A DNA stretch of 64,000 bases from Candidatus Latescibacterota bacterium (lineage in GTDB: Bacteria; Latescibacterota; UBA2968; UBA8231). Under the pieces are notes generated by a model. The model was given only the letters and a program-made list of their open reading frames with translations, was not told where the DNA came from and did not search any database. The stretch lies in contig CBDCDC010000002.1 of assembly GCA_965215195.1 (NCBI GenBank), positions 4,736,001-4,800,000 on the forward strand, in the 5' to 3' direction. Of this stretch, positions 28,202-37,419 are shown one piece after another. How positions within the stretch are numbered: position 1 is the stretch's first letter; each line of letters starts with the position of its first letter. Made by a program: the position numbers and the translations under genes.

Positions 28202-29740
28202 ATGTATTTTCCAAGTCTGCGCAAGGCATCGATTGGCTATGCAATTTCATTGATATGTACCCTGTACCCCATTGGAGCCGTGCATGGACAGGATGCGGGT
28301 GCTTCCTCAAGAAGCCAAGAGCATTATAGGCTCGGTATGCGCCATGCCCAAAAGGGCGACTATGAAAGCGCGGAGAGAGAGTACCGGAAAGCAATAGAAC
28401 TAGATGCCAATAATATCTATCCGCACGACGGCCTCGGTTTCATCTACGCCCTGCAAAGCCGACTGGACGAGGCGGCAGAGGAATTTGCCAAGGTACTGCA
28501 AACCGATCCGGGCTACGCACCAGCACACTACAAGTTGGGTAAAATTTTTTTTATTCGCCAAGAGTACGACGCGGCTTTCGATTCTTACCAAAAGGCCATT
28601 GAGGCTGACCCCAAGTACTTTCCCGCCCACCACGGCTTAGGCGTCATCTACGGGCAGACCCAAGAGCGGGCTCAAGCAGCAGAGCATTTCAAAGCAGCTA
28701 TCGCAATCAACCCCGACTACGCTCCCTCGCGCTACCGGCTCGGGACGATATACCTAGAAGAAGGGCACTATTCTCAAGCCATAGGGGAGTTGCGACAGGC
28801 GGCCAAGCTAGTCGCCAACGAACCATCAATCCACTTTGTCTTGGGGAACGCCTATATGGCAATAGGCAAGCTTTCAGAGGCCGCAGAAGCATTCCACAGA
28901 ACATTGCAACTCGAGCCGAGTTGGGCCGATGTGCACGATAAACTGGGCTTGGTCTACACCGACCAGTCCTTGGCCCTGCTGGGGGCTATCATGGCGGACC
29001 AAGACAAGTTAGCTGCCGCCGTTGAAGAGCATCGCAAGGCCGTGGAATTGGCCCCTGAAAACGGTTGGTTCCAGCACAATTTGGGTATGGCCTATGAACG
29101 CCAGCGTCAGTACGACAAAGCAGCCGAGCAGTTCGCCAAGGCACTCGCCGTCAATCCCGATATGGCCTACACCCGCTATCGGCTCGGTATGATCTACTCG
29201 AGAGACAAAAAATACCAAGAAGCTATTGAGGAATACCAATATGCCATCCGGCTCGAGCCCGACCGGTCGGTTTTCCACTACGCCTTGGGGGCTGTCTATG
29301 CCAAGATCGGCAGAGGAGAAGAGGCGATTGGCAAATTCAAAAAAGCCATCGACCTCGATTACTACAATGCCGAAGCACATTTCGGTTTGGCTAACGCCTA
29401 TCTGAAACAGGGTAGAGGTCAGGCGGGTGCCAAGGAGATGGAGATTTTCAAAAAACTGCGCGCAGGCAATATAGCAGATATGGAACAACGGGTCGTCTTA
29501 GTGCCCGACAATCCAAAATATCACGGCGAATTGGCCGCTCATTATACCCAACAGGGCAGGTATATAAAGGCGATCAATGAGTACAAGCTGGCCATCGGTC
29601 TCGATCCGCATAATCTCGAGTACCGCCGATTGCTCAAAGATGCCTATACCAAAGCAGGGCGCTATCGGGAAGCGGAAGAGCAACAGGAGATTATCCAGAG
29701 CTTGGATGCCAAACGAAAGCAGCAGGGGCACAACCCATAG
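28202..29740 (+). CDS. Exported tetratricopeptide repeat protein
   Basis: Signal peptide from ATG 28202, more than ten canonical TPRs. Confidence 0.9.
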   Translation: MYFPSLRKASIGYAISLICTLYPIGAVHGQDAGASSRSQEHYRLGMRHAQKGDYESAEREYRKAIELDANNIYPHDGLGFIYALQSRLDEAAEEFAKVLQTDPGYAPAHYKLGKIFFIRQEYDAAFDSYQKAIEADPKYFPAHHGLGVIYGQTQERAQAAEHFKAAIAINPDYAPSRYRLGTIYLEEGHYSQAIGELRQAAKLVANEPSIHFVLGNAYMAIGKLSEAAEAFHRTLQLEPSWADVHDKLGLVYTDQSLALLGAIMADQDKLAAAVEEHRKAVELAPENGWFQHNLGMAYERQRQYDKAAEQFAKALAVNPDMAYTRYRLGMIYSRDKKYQEAIEEYQYAIRLEPDRSVFHYALGAVYAKIGRGEEAIGKFKKAIDLDYYNAEAHFGLANAYLKQGRGQAGAKEMEIFKKLRAGNIADMEQRVVLVPDNPKYHGELAAHYTQQGRYIKAINEYKLAIGLDPHNLEYRRLLKDAYTKAGRYREAEEQQEIIQSLDAKRKQQGHNP

Positions 29741-29755
29741 GGGCCGCTGGTTTAT

Positions 29756-31486
29756 ATGCACTTCTTTTTTCTAACCCTTATTTCCGCACGGCTCTTAGCT
29801 GTCGAAGGACGGGAAGTAGAGAGGCGGGTCCAGTTCGTGGATGTAGCGGAGGAAGTGGGGATTGTGGCGCAGAACGTCTCCGGGGATAGCGAGCAGACGT
29901 ACTTGGTCGATAGCATGATGGGAGGATCGGCTTTTTTCGACTACGACCAAGACGGCGATGTGGATTTGTACATCTTGAACGGGTCGAAAGTGGTTGGCTT
30001 TCCAGACCAAGAGCACCCGCGCAATACCTTTTATAGAAACGAGCGCGGTAAATTCGTCGATGCTACCGACGAAGCGAACTTGGGCGACGTGGGCTGGGGA
30101 ATGGGATGCGCCATCGGCGATTACGACAACGATGGCGACTTGGACATTTACATAACCAACTACGGCAGGAACGTACTATACAATAACCAAGGCGACGGGA
30201 CTTTTGCGGACGTAACCGAGTACGCCCAAGTAGGAGACGAGCGGTTCAGCACAGGATGTGCCTTCCTCGATTACGATGGCGACGGCTATCTAGATCTGTA
30301 CGTAGCCAACTACGTCGATTTCAAGCACTTTCTACAGACCACCCCCAACAGGTCCTATATGTGGAAAGGCTTAAGGGTTCACTTCGGACCCCGCGGCATG
30401 AAAGGGAGTGAGGATATCCTGTATCGCAACCAAGGCGACGGGACTTTTGCCGATGTGACCGTGGAAGCGCGGGTGGTGGACCAAGATAAGCTCTACGGTA
30501 TGGGCGTGGTCGGTGGCGATTACGACCGGGACGGCGATGTGGACATCTATGTGGCCAACGACACGGGGCCCAACTTCCTTTATCAGAATCAAGGCGATGG
30601 CACCTTTGCCGATGTCGGCTGGATGATCGGGGCTGCCTATGGCGAAAGCGGCGAGGCTCAAGGCTGTATGGGCATTGCCTATGGGGATTACGACAATGAC
30701 CTGTACCAAGACATATTAGTCACCAACTTCTGGGAGCAGACCAATACGCTTTACCACAACGACCGCGGCGCATTCTTTTCCGATCTCAGCTTTGACGCTG
30801 GCGTGGGCAAGGAGAGTTTCCAGTTTTTGGCTTGGGGCACCGAGTTTTTCGACTATGACAACGACGGCGATAAAGATCTTTTCGTGGCCAATGGCCACCT
30901 CTTTCCACAATTGGACAGGACCAATCTAGGCACTAGCTATGCCCAGACCAATCAACTCTTTGAAAACTTGGGCGATGGCACCTTCGCCGAGGTATCGCAG
31001 CTATCAGGGGAGGGCTTGGGGATTAAAAAAGTGAGCAGAGGGGCCTCCTTTGGGGACTACGACGATGATGGGGATCTGGACATAGTTGTCCTGAATCTAA
31101 ACGATCGCCCTACTTTGTTGCACAACAACGGGGGCAATAAGAACAACTGGTTAATGGTCAAGACTATAGGGACTGAAAGCAACAGAGACGGTATAGGGGC
31201 TAGGATTGAGGTCCGCTGTGGAGGGCTCACGCAAAGTGCCGAAATCCGGAGCGGTGCTAGCTATCTTTCGCACAATGACTTGAGGGCCCATTTCGGCTTG
31301 GGGCAGAGAGAGTCCATCGACTTGTTGGTAGTGCTGTGGCCAAGTGGTCTAGAAGAACGATTTGAAAATCTCTCTGCCAATAGACTCGTGGTGCTTCAAG
31401 AAGGTGAGGGCATTGTCCATGTAGATGGAGAGAGCAACTCGGGTCGCGCCACGTCTAAAGGGTATTCACCGGATGTTCATCAATAG
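29756..31486 (+). CDS. CRTAC1-family protein (FG-GAP repeats, ASPIC/UnbV)
   Basis: DYDNDGDLD repeats, SRGASFGD, NRDGIGARI, HFGLG. Confidence 0.92.
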   Translation: MHFFFLTLISARLLAVEGREVERRVQFVDVAEEVGIVAQNVSGDSEQTYLVDSMMGGSAFFDYDQDGDVDLYILNGSKVVGFPDQEHPRNTFYRNERGKFVDATDEANLGDVGWGMGCAIGDYDNDGDLDIYITNYGRNVLYNNQGDGTFADVTEYAQVGDERFSTGCAFLDYDGDGYLDLYVANYVDFKHFLQTTPNRSYMWKGLRVHFGPRGMKGSEDILYRNQGDGTFADVTVEARVVDQDKLYGMGVVGGDYDRDGDVDIYVANDTGPNFLYQNQGDGTFADVGWMIGAAYGESGEAQGCMGIAYGDYDNDLYQDILVTNFWEQTNTLYHNDRGAFFSDLSFDAGVGKESFQFLAWGTEFFDYDNDGDKDLFVANGHLFPQLDRTNLGTSYAQTNQLFENLGDGTFAEVSQLSGEGLGIKKVSRGASFGDYDDDGDLDIVVLNLNDRPTLLHNNGGNKNNWLMVKTIGTESNRDGIGARIEVRCGGLTQSAEIRSGASYLSHNDLRAHFGLGQRESIDLLVVLWPSGLEERFENLSANRLVVLQEGEGIVHVDGESNSGRATSKGYSPDVHQ

Positions 31487-31544
31487 TTTACGCCCAATAA
31501 AACCATAAACGATCAACGCCGGGCCCCAAAAGTCAGCAATTAGC

Positions 31545-31573
31545 TTGACCTTTTGCTACTTTCTTTTTATTAT
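31545..31573 (+). promoter_or_regulatory. Sigma70-type promoter of the 31.7-43.6 kb gene run
   Basis: TTGACC (31545-31550), 17 nt, TATTAT (31568-31573) in an AT-rich spacer. Confidence 0.7.
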
Positions 31574-31677
31574 GACTCCGATTTTCCTGCAAAAATTGTG
31601 TGTTCACTGTTTTATTCCGCAGCTTCGCTTACCGTTCCACCGAAAAATTATTTGAAAGGAGAAAATAAACCCCCCTT

Positions 31678-31704
31678 TTAGCAACCTTAGCAACCTTAGC
31701 AACC
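31678..31704 (+). repeat. Tandem repeat (TTAGCAACC)x3 in 5' leader
   Basis: Three perfect 9-bp copies, followed by hairpin AACCGCT-AAATA-AGCGGTT (31701-31719). Confidence 0.9.
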
Positions 31705-31743
31705 GCTAAATAAGCGGTTTTCTCACACAGGAAAGGATCTTGG

Positions 31744-32673
31744 GTGATGAGCAGAGCAATGAGTTATAGCTTCTTGGCATGGAGTCTTGTCCTTTTCACT
31801 GTCGCGTCCAGTTCGGCTCACCTGCGGACAGACAGAAACTGGGCCGCTGTTCAGGTGCCTATTGGCGTCGATGGCATAAGAGATGTCCAGATGGACGGCG
31901 ACATAAGCGAATGGGACAACGTACCTTCGGTCTTCTGGGTGACCCATGAGGATCTAATCGAGACCGTCACCGGCACCCAAGGAGACCCCGACCCCTCCAA
32001 CTTGGCCGAGCGCATCATTTTCGGCTGGAGTCCAGTGACCAACATTTTGTATTTCATGGAGGAACGGTTCGACGACCTCTTTTACGGGACCATCGAAAAT
32101 AATTTCGATACGGTTGAGGTAACCTTGGACTTCGACCACAGCGGCGACGCCATTTTCCAGAATGTCCAATCGGCGGATTTGGATCCGGAGAGGTGGGAAG
32201 GGGCCCTATCCCAGAATTACCGCTACACGCTGCACCAAGAAAATCACATGTGGCTCTGGGGAGGAGCTCCATGGGCTGGAGTCGAGCCTTATTCTGGTGC
32301 TAAATGGAGTTTTGAGGGTGATATCAACGGCGGTGCCGGGACCCTGTTCATGGAAATGTGGTTTACTCCCTTTGACGACCTGCCCACTAGCTCTACGGGC
32401 ATAGAAGACGAAGATGTGATCGTCCACACTATGCAGGCAGGCGAAATCATGGGTATTGGTTTTGCCGTTCAGGACGATGACGACGGTGCCGAAGGTTCGT
32501 ACAACGGCTACTGGACCAATAGCGGCGACACGGAAATCTATTTCAAAGCTACCGCTATGGTTGACTATGTCCTGCTCCCCTTTGATGAGAGCATCTGGGT
32601 AGCGGGTGAAGACGTGGGAACTGCTGTCGAGTCGGATAGCTGGGGGAACATCAAGGCGAGTTTTTCCCGCTAA
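31744..32673 (+). CDS. Secreted acidic CBM9/DOMON-like protein with C-terminal AVE..SWG.IK motif
   Basis: Signal peptide, MDGDISEW, GFAVQDDD, tail TAVESDSWGNIKASFSR. Confidence 0.7.
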   Translation: MMSRAMSYSFLAWSLVLFTVASSSAHLRTDRNWAAVQVPIGVDGIRDVQMDGDISEWDNVPSVFWVTHEDLIETVTGTQGDPDPSNLAERIIFGWSPVTNILYFMEERFDDLFYGTIENNFDTVEVTLDFDHSGDAIFQNVQSADLDPERWEGALSQNYRYTLHQENHMWLWGGAPWAGVEPYSGAKWSFEGDINGGAGTLFMEMWFTPFDDLPTSSTGIEDEDVIVHTMQAGEIMGIGFAVQDDDDGAEGSYNGYWTNSGDTEIYFKATAMVDYVLLPFDESIWVAGEDVGTAVESDSWGNIKASFSR

Positions 32674-32703
32674 GGAGAACAAGTAAGAGAACATGAGCAG
32701 TTC

Positions 32704-32733
32704 GGGGGCGAGGTTATCTTCGCCCCCTTTTTT
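32704..32733 (+). terminator. Intrinsic terminator after CBM9-like gene
   Basis: GGGGGCGA-loop-TCGCCCCC followed by TTTTTT. Confidence 0.8.
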
Positions 32734-32751
32734 AATAATTTTGCCAAAGGA

Positions 32752-34707
32752 TTGGGCATGCTTTCACCTAAGTCAATTGGGTTCCTGTTACTCGCGTTGC
32801 TAGGTGTTGGTCTCTGCTCTCAAAATGTCTCCGGCGTGGTCATTTATAGAATTGGCACGCCTTTTTCAATATCAGAAAAAGACAGCCTTGAAGGTCTCGG
32901 CATCGACTTCAGGGAAATCGACTGGTCGGCCTCCCAACTACAGGATGGCCTCGATCTGGACTCTTTGCCGACTGGTTCACTGCAACCTAACTACTTTGAT
33001 GAGGACGAAGACATCGCCGCGACCCTACTGAGCAGGGGTGGCTGGGTACGGGTGCGGCTTTTCGCCAATCAAAATCAACTTATTGGAGAGGTCTTGGTCG
33101 ATGGCGATCCGACTACAGCCCTCATGTGGCCAGCCGTAGCTCCAGAGAGCTTTCAGGTGGGCACGGCTCGGACCCTCAGTGAACAATTGACTTTTGATTT
33201 AGGCGGGCGATTTCTCATCCGGGAAGTGAGATTCCGCCCTCTGGCGGAAAAGCCAGAGCACTTTTTGGAGCGGCTCTCCATTGGCACTCTCGATAGGAGG
33301 TTGGTCAATATTGGCAACAGAATGTCCAATCTCCCGACCGTAGCCGAAGTAAAAGAAAATACCGAACCTGAAGTCAGCGTGATTTTAGACCCGCCGATAT
33401 CGACTCAAACGGTCCAATTACTGATTTTTCGCGACACCCCCAAGGAAATAGGGCTCGCCGATTTTGAACTCTACGGCGGTGGTTTCTTAGCCCGATCCTC
33501 GTATGAGTCCGAAGTAGTCGATCTAGGCAATCCGGCCAGTTGGGGCGAGATTCGCTGGTCGGGCCGGCAAGATACGGACGCCCGAATCGATATCCGCACC
33601 CGGACGGGAACAGACCCACATCCCGATATTTTTTGGCAGTTGCGACCCGAGCAGCGAGACAGCGTACAATTTCGCGATGGCGGTGGCGACTTGACCCTGA
33701 GCGAATACAAGCACCGCTACAGCAAGCTGCTCGATGTCCTCAAGCCGGTAGAACCCCGGGATAGAGTGAGCCCGGATACGGAAAACTGGAGTTTCTGGTC
33801 CAGTCCCTATCTATTTGAAAACTCGGGGACTAGCATCGTTTCCCCTAGTCCGCGCCAATTTTTACAACTCAAAGTAGATTTCTTTTCCACAGTCGAGGAT
33901 GGAGGCAAGATCGATTATGTCGAGTTTAAGGCCTCAGTTCCGCCGGCCGTGCATGGCCTGGTGGGAGAGATTTTCCCGGTGGATACCCAAGTGGGGCAAG
34001 CGACGCATTTCACTTACTTCATCCGGCCGACCATCCGGGCCGGCGACACGGGCTTTGACGGCGTGGAGATTTCCACGCCCTCGGGGGTGACTTCAGTCGA
34101 TTCGCTACGCATAGACGGCATCAACTACAACGACTTTATCTGGGCAAGAACCGCGGATGGCCTAGGTTTTGAGATCGGCTTTCCGCGCAAGCTGGAACCG
34201 ACCGACAGCGGGGCCCTGATCGAGGTGGTGTTCAACGCGCCAGTGCTGCGGGAAGTGGGCACACTGTTTACTGGTAAAGTGTTCAATAGCGCCGAGCCGA
34301 ACGAGGTGCGTCAACGCATCAACCCAGGCAATGCCGCCGACGAGATTGAGAGCGACGGGATTGCAGTGAAAACATCGCTGAGCAGTTCACTGGTATTTGC
34401 ACCGCAGATTGGTCCCAATCCCTTTACGCCCAACGGCGATGCCCTCAACGATGTGGTGCATATTTCCTATAAACTCTTGCGGGTGACATCTCAGATTCCC
34501 GTCTCGGTGGAAATTTTCGATTTGTCCGGCCGGCTAGTTAAGCAAATATACGCCGGGGACATTTCCATCGGAGAGTATTCTCACCCTTGGGATGGGACAG
34601 ACCACTCCAACCGGCTGGTATCCCCGGGACTCTACTTGTATCGAATAGCGGTAGACATCCAATCAGAAGAGGGCATCAAAGGCGGCGTTATCGCCGTGGC
34701 CTATTGA
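32752..34707 (+). CDS. Secreted discoidin-like + FlgD-Ig C-terminal domain protein (paralog 1)
   Basis: Signal peptide, FDLGG, WSFWS..SPSPR, PNPFTPNGD.LND, IFDLSGRLV, WDG, ends IAVAY. Confidence 0.8.
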   Translation: MGMLSPKSIGFLLLALLGVGLCSQNVSGVVIYRIGTPFSISEKDSLEGLGIDFREIDWSASQLQDGLDLDSLPTGSLQPNYFDEDEDIAATLLSRGGWVRVRLFANQNQLIGEVLVDGDPTTALMWPAVAPESFQVGTARTLSEQLTFDLGGRFLIREVRFRPLAEKPEHFLERLSIGTLDRRLVNIGNRMSNLPTVAEVKENTEPEVSVILDPPISTQTVQLLIFRDTPKEIGLADFELYGGGFLARSSYESEVVDLGNPASWGEIRWSGRQDTDARIDIRTRTGTDPHPDIFWQLRPEQRDSVQFRDGGGDLTLSEYKHRYSKLLDVLKPVEPRDRVSPDTENWSFWSSPYLFENSGTSIVSPSPRQFLQLKVDFFSTVEDGGKIDYVEFKASVPPAVHGLVGEIFPVDTQVGQATHFTYFIRPTIRAGDTGFDGVEISTPSGVTSVDSLRIDGINYNDFIWARTADGLGFEIGFPRKLEPTDSGALIEVVFNAPVLREVGTLFTGKVFNSAEPNEVRQRINPGNAADEIESDGIAVKTSLSSSLVFAPQIGPNPFTPNGDALNDVVHISYKLLRVTSQIPVSVEIFDLSGRLVKQIYAGDISIGEYSHPWDGTDHSNRLVSPGLYLYRIAVDIQSEEGIKGGVIAVAY

Positions 34708-34754
34708 TTTTTAATCGCCCCTTAGGGGAGTAAATACGTGGGAGACCCAATGCC

Positions 34755-37394
34755 ATGGCATGGCAGAGAACATTCAAGCTGGTGAGCACTAGCTTGGTCT
34801 GTCTCTTAGGTAGGATGGTGGCTTGGGGGCAAGAGGGCTTTTCTATCCAAGACAGCGCGGCTGTCATCGAGTCTAGGGATCACTGGGCTCGTTGGCAGTC
34901 GGTGGCAAAGACCGTCCAGATCACCGCGGAGGGCGTAAAACCAGCTTTTATACGCAAAAGTACCCAGCTCGAAATAGATGGCGTTGAACAGGTAGTCCCC
35001 GGCATTAACGCGGTCTTGAATGCCTCCGAGTTCGGCGGCGGGATATGGGATGCCGGCTCCAATCGCTTGAGCGCAGACAACCTCATGGACGGCAGGATGG
35101 ACACCTACTGGGAGCCGGATACTTCTACCCCCCTTAGGGATTGGTGGGTGCAAATCGATTTAGGGCGGGCCGTATCAGCCAATAAGATCGTCCTCAAGTT
35201 TGTCGGGGAGGATTTGGGAGACCCCTTTCTCCAATTTAAGGTCCTCACCTCTCAGGGGGAGACGATCATCGGCCCGCTGGTGTACAGGAAACGCTTCTCA
35301 ACGAACAAGCCCATCAAGAATGAACGGGTCTTTGAAGTCGATCTGACCCGCCAGTTGCCCACCAAATGGACACAGGTGCGCGGGGATTTTACCGGCGATG
35401 TGATCCGGTTCGTCTCGGTCGGCGTCACGGACAGCGACTTTGGCAAGGCAAGACCTGTTTCCCAGTCCGCTTACGAGGGCCTCGACCCGGACCAACAGGG
35501 CGATATAGAGTACTTCCGCCGAGAAACCTCGGGAAGGCTGAGATTGTTGGAGGGACGCGAGGATTGGGAGGCCTTGGCCGGCGGAGACAGTCAGGGTCCT
35601 GTCGTCTACTATCGCCGCGAGTTGCCCCGATTGGCGGAAGTGGAAGTCTGGTCAATCGGCGACAATATCGGCATTGGCGTACTGGAGCGGGGTGGCAAGG
35701 TAACGAGTTGGGAAAACAACGGTGCTGAGGGTGTGGTGGTAGACGGAGTAATCTATAGTGTAGAAAAGGCGTTGTACTGGCCTGCTCAAGGGGGGTACAA
35801 TCCCGATAGGCTGCTGCCTTCGGAGCCACCCGATGTCGAGCGTGCCTTAGTGGTGGATCTGGGAGGGGCCTTCTTCTTAGACAATATCCGCGTACTCCAA
35901 GCCAGCAGTAGCCCCCCTGGGCCTTTTCGCGCCTACCGCATTGAAGTCTCGGATGGCTCCACCAACGCCGGCGGAAGTCTGGCCTGGCAAACAGTAGGGT
36001 CGATCGACCACATCAACGGAAATGAATCGTACCACGATTTTAAGTTTCCGCTCACCAAAGTCGAGCATTTTTCTTTTACCTATAAACTCCATGTAGGGGC
36101 CGGACGCCACGGCTTGTCAGAGATTCAGTTTTTCGGCGAGGGATACATGCCCAAGGCGCGGCTCGAATCGGTCTTTGACGGCCCTTCGGCGTTCATAGAA
36201 TTAGGGGCCACTCCCCAAAATTTGGCGTCTATAGAATGGGATGCGGATAGGCCGCCGGGCACGGATATTATTCTTCAGACCCGGACCGGCAATACGGTCA
36301 AAACTACTACGCTCTATTACAAAAAGAACGGTGAGTTGTTTCCGGGCACCGAAGAAGAAGCAGCGGAAGCGCACGCTACGGACAAAAAGTTCTTTGGGGA
36401 TGCCTCTGTTGGACCCGTCGTTACCCAGACCAACCCGGGCAGCGACTGGAGTGGTTGGAGTCAACGCTATTTTAATTCGGGAGACAAAATCACCTCGCCC
36501 AGTCCGCGTAAATTCGTCGCCATCCGAGCGACCTTTCTCACGGAAAATCCCCTCGTGGCGGCTACACTCCGTTGGGTAAAACTCAACTTTGTAACGCCAG
36601 TCGCCAAAACAGTTGTTGGCGAGGTGCTGCCCGCTCAACTCGAAGTGATTGGCGCTGAGCAATCGTTTTCCTATTTCATCCGCACGACTTTCGAGCCAAC
36701 CAACGAGGGCTTTGACGAGATTCTCATTGAAGCTCCCCCCGGCGTCAAAATGAAATTCAAGCAAGCCCATGTGGACCTCACAGGGCAGCCGACTCAAACC
36801 TATACCGCCCAAAGCGAGGGTTTTGAGGTCGTGTCTGATGATTCCGATTCGCTTTGGGTGCGTCTGCCTGTTCCCATCAAGGGGACCGACGGGGCTGCGT
36901 TGATCGAGCTTCAGTTCAAGGCGACCATATTTGATTTTACCACATTCTTCAATGGCTCTATCGGCCATTCTTCCATTCCCAATTCATGGCAAAGAGTGGA
37001 CCCGGGCGATGCAAACGAGATCACGGATAGCGAAAAAACCGTGATCTTGGCCCTTGAAAGAGGTGCAGTACTGGGGGATATCGAAGTCAAAAACAAAATC
37101 TTCACCCCGAATGGCGACGGCATCAATGATGATATGGCTGTGAGTCTTTCACTCATGCGGGTGGAGTCATCAACGCCGTTACAGATGCAAATATACGATC
37201 TAAGTGGGCGTCTCGTTCACCAACTGCGCGATGAGGACATAACCACGGGACGGCATTCCGCGGTCTGGACCGGAGTCGATAACTCCGGAGCTTTGGTGGC
37301 CCCTGGCATATATGTGCTGAGGATCAACATTAAGGTCGATTCAAAATCGAGTAGAAATACCTCGGACTACCGCTTAGTACATGTCTCCTATTGA
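34755..37394 (+). CDS. Secreted double discoidin-like + FlgD-Ig protein (paralog 2)
   Basis: LMDGRMDTYW, IDLGR, VDLGG, WSGWS..SPSPR, FTPNGDGIND, ends VHVSY. Confidence 0.8.
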   Translation: MAWQRTFKLVSTSLVCLLGRMVAWGQEGFSIQDSAAVIESRDHWARWQSVAKTVQITAEGVKPAFIRKSTQLEIDGVEQVVPGINAVLNASEFGGGIWDAGSNRLSADNLMDGRMDTYWEPDTSTPLRDWWVQIDLGRAVSANKIVLKFVGEDLGDPFLQFKVLTSQGETIIGPLVYRKRFSTNKPIKNERVFEVDLTRQLPTKWTQVRGDFTGDVIRFVSVGVTDSDFGKARPVSQSAYEGLDPDQQGDIEYFRRETSGRLRLLEGREDWEALAGGDSQGPVVYYRRELPRLAEVEVWSIGDNIGIGVLERGGKVTSWENNGAEGVVVDGVIYSVEKALYWPAQGGYNPDRLLPSEPPDVERALVVDLGGAFFLDNIRVLQASSSPPGPFRAYRIEVSDGSTNAGGSLAWQTVGSIDHINGNESYHDFKFPLTKVEHFSFTYKLHVGAGRHGLSEIQFFGEGYMPKARLESVFDGPSAFIELGATPQNLASIEWDADRPPGTDIILQTRTGNTVKTTTLYYKKNGELFPGTEEEAAEAHATDKKFFGDASVGPVVTQTNPGSDWSGWSQRYFNSGDKITSPSPRKFVAIRATFLTENPLVAATLRWVKLNFVTPVAKTVVGEVLPAQLEVIGAEQSFSYFIRTTFEPTNEGFDEILIEAPPGVKMKFKQAHVDLTGQPTQTYTAQSEGFEVVSDDSDSLWVRLPVPIKGTDGAALIELQFKATIFDFTTFFNGSIGHSSIPNSWQRVDPGDANEITDSEKTVILALERGAVLGDIEVKNKIFTPNGDGINDDMAVSLSLMRVESSTPLQMQIYDLSGRLVHQLRDEDITTGRHSAVWTGVDNSGALVAPGIYVLRINIKVDSKSSRNTSDYRLVHVSY

Positions 37395-37419
37395 TCTTCT
37401 GCGATTCGCGAGGAACAGG

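Noticed and set aside
26600-31100. Recurrent GACTACGACAACGACGG-like DNA repeats
   Set aside because: They encode FG-GAP DYDNDG motifs of CRTAC1 proteins and are not an array
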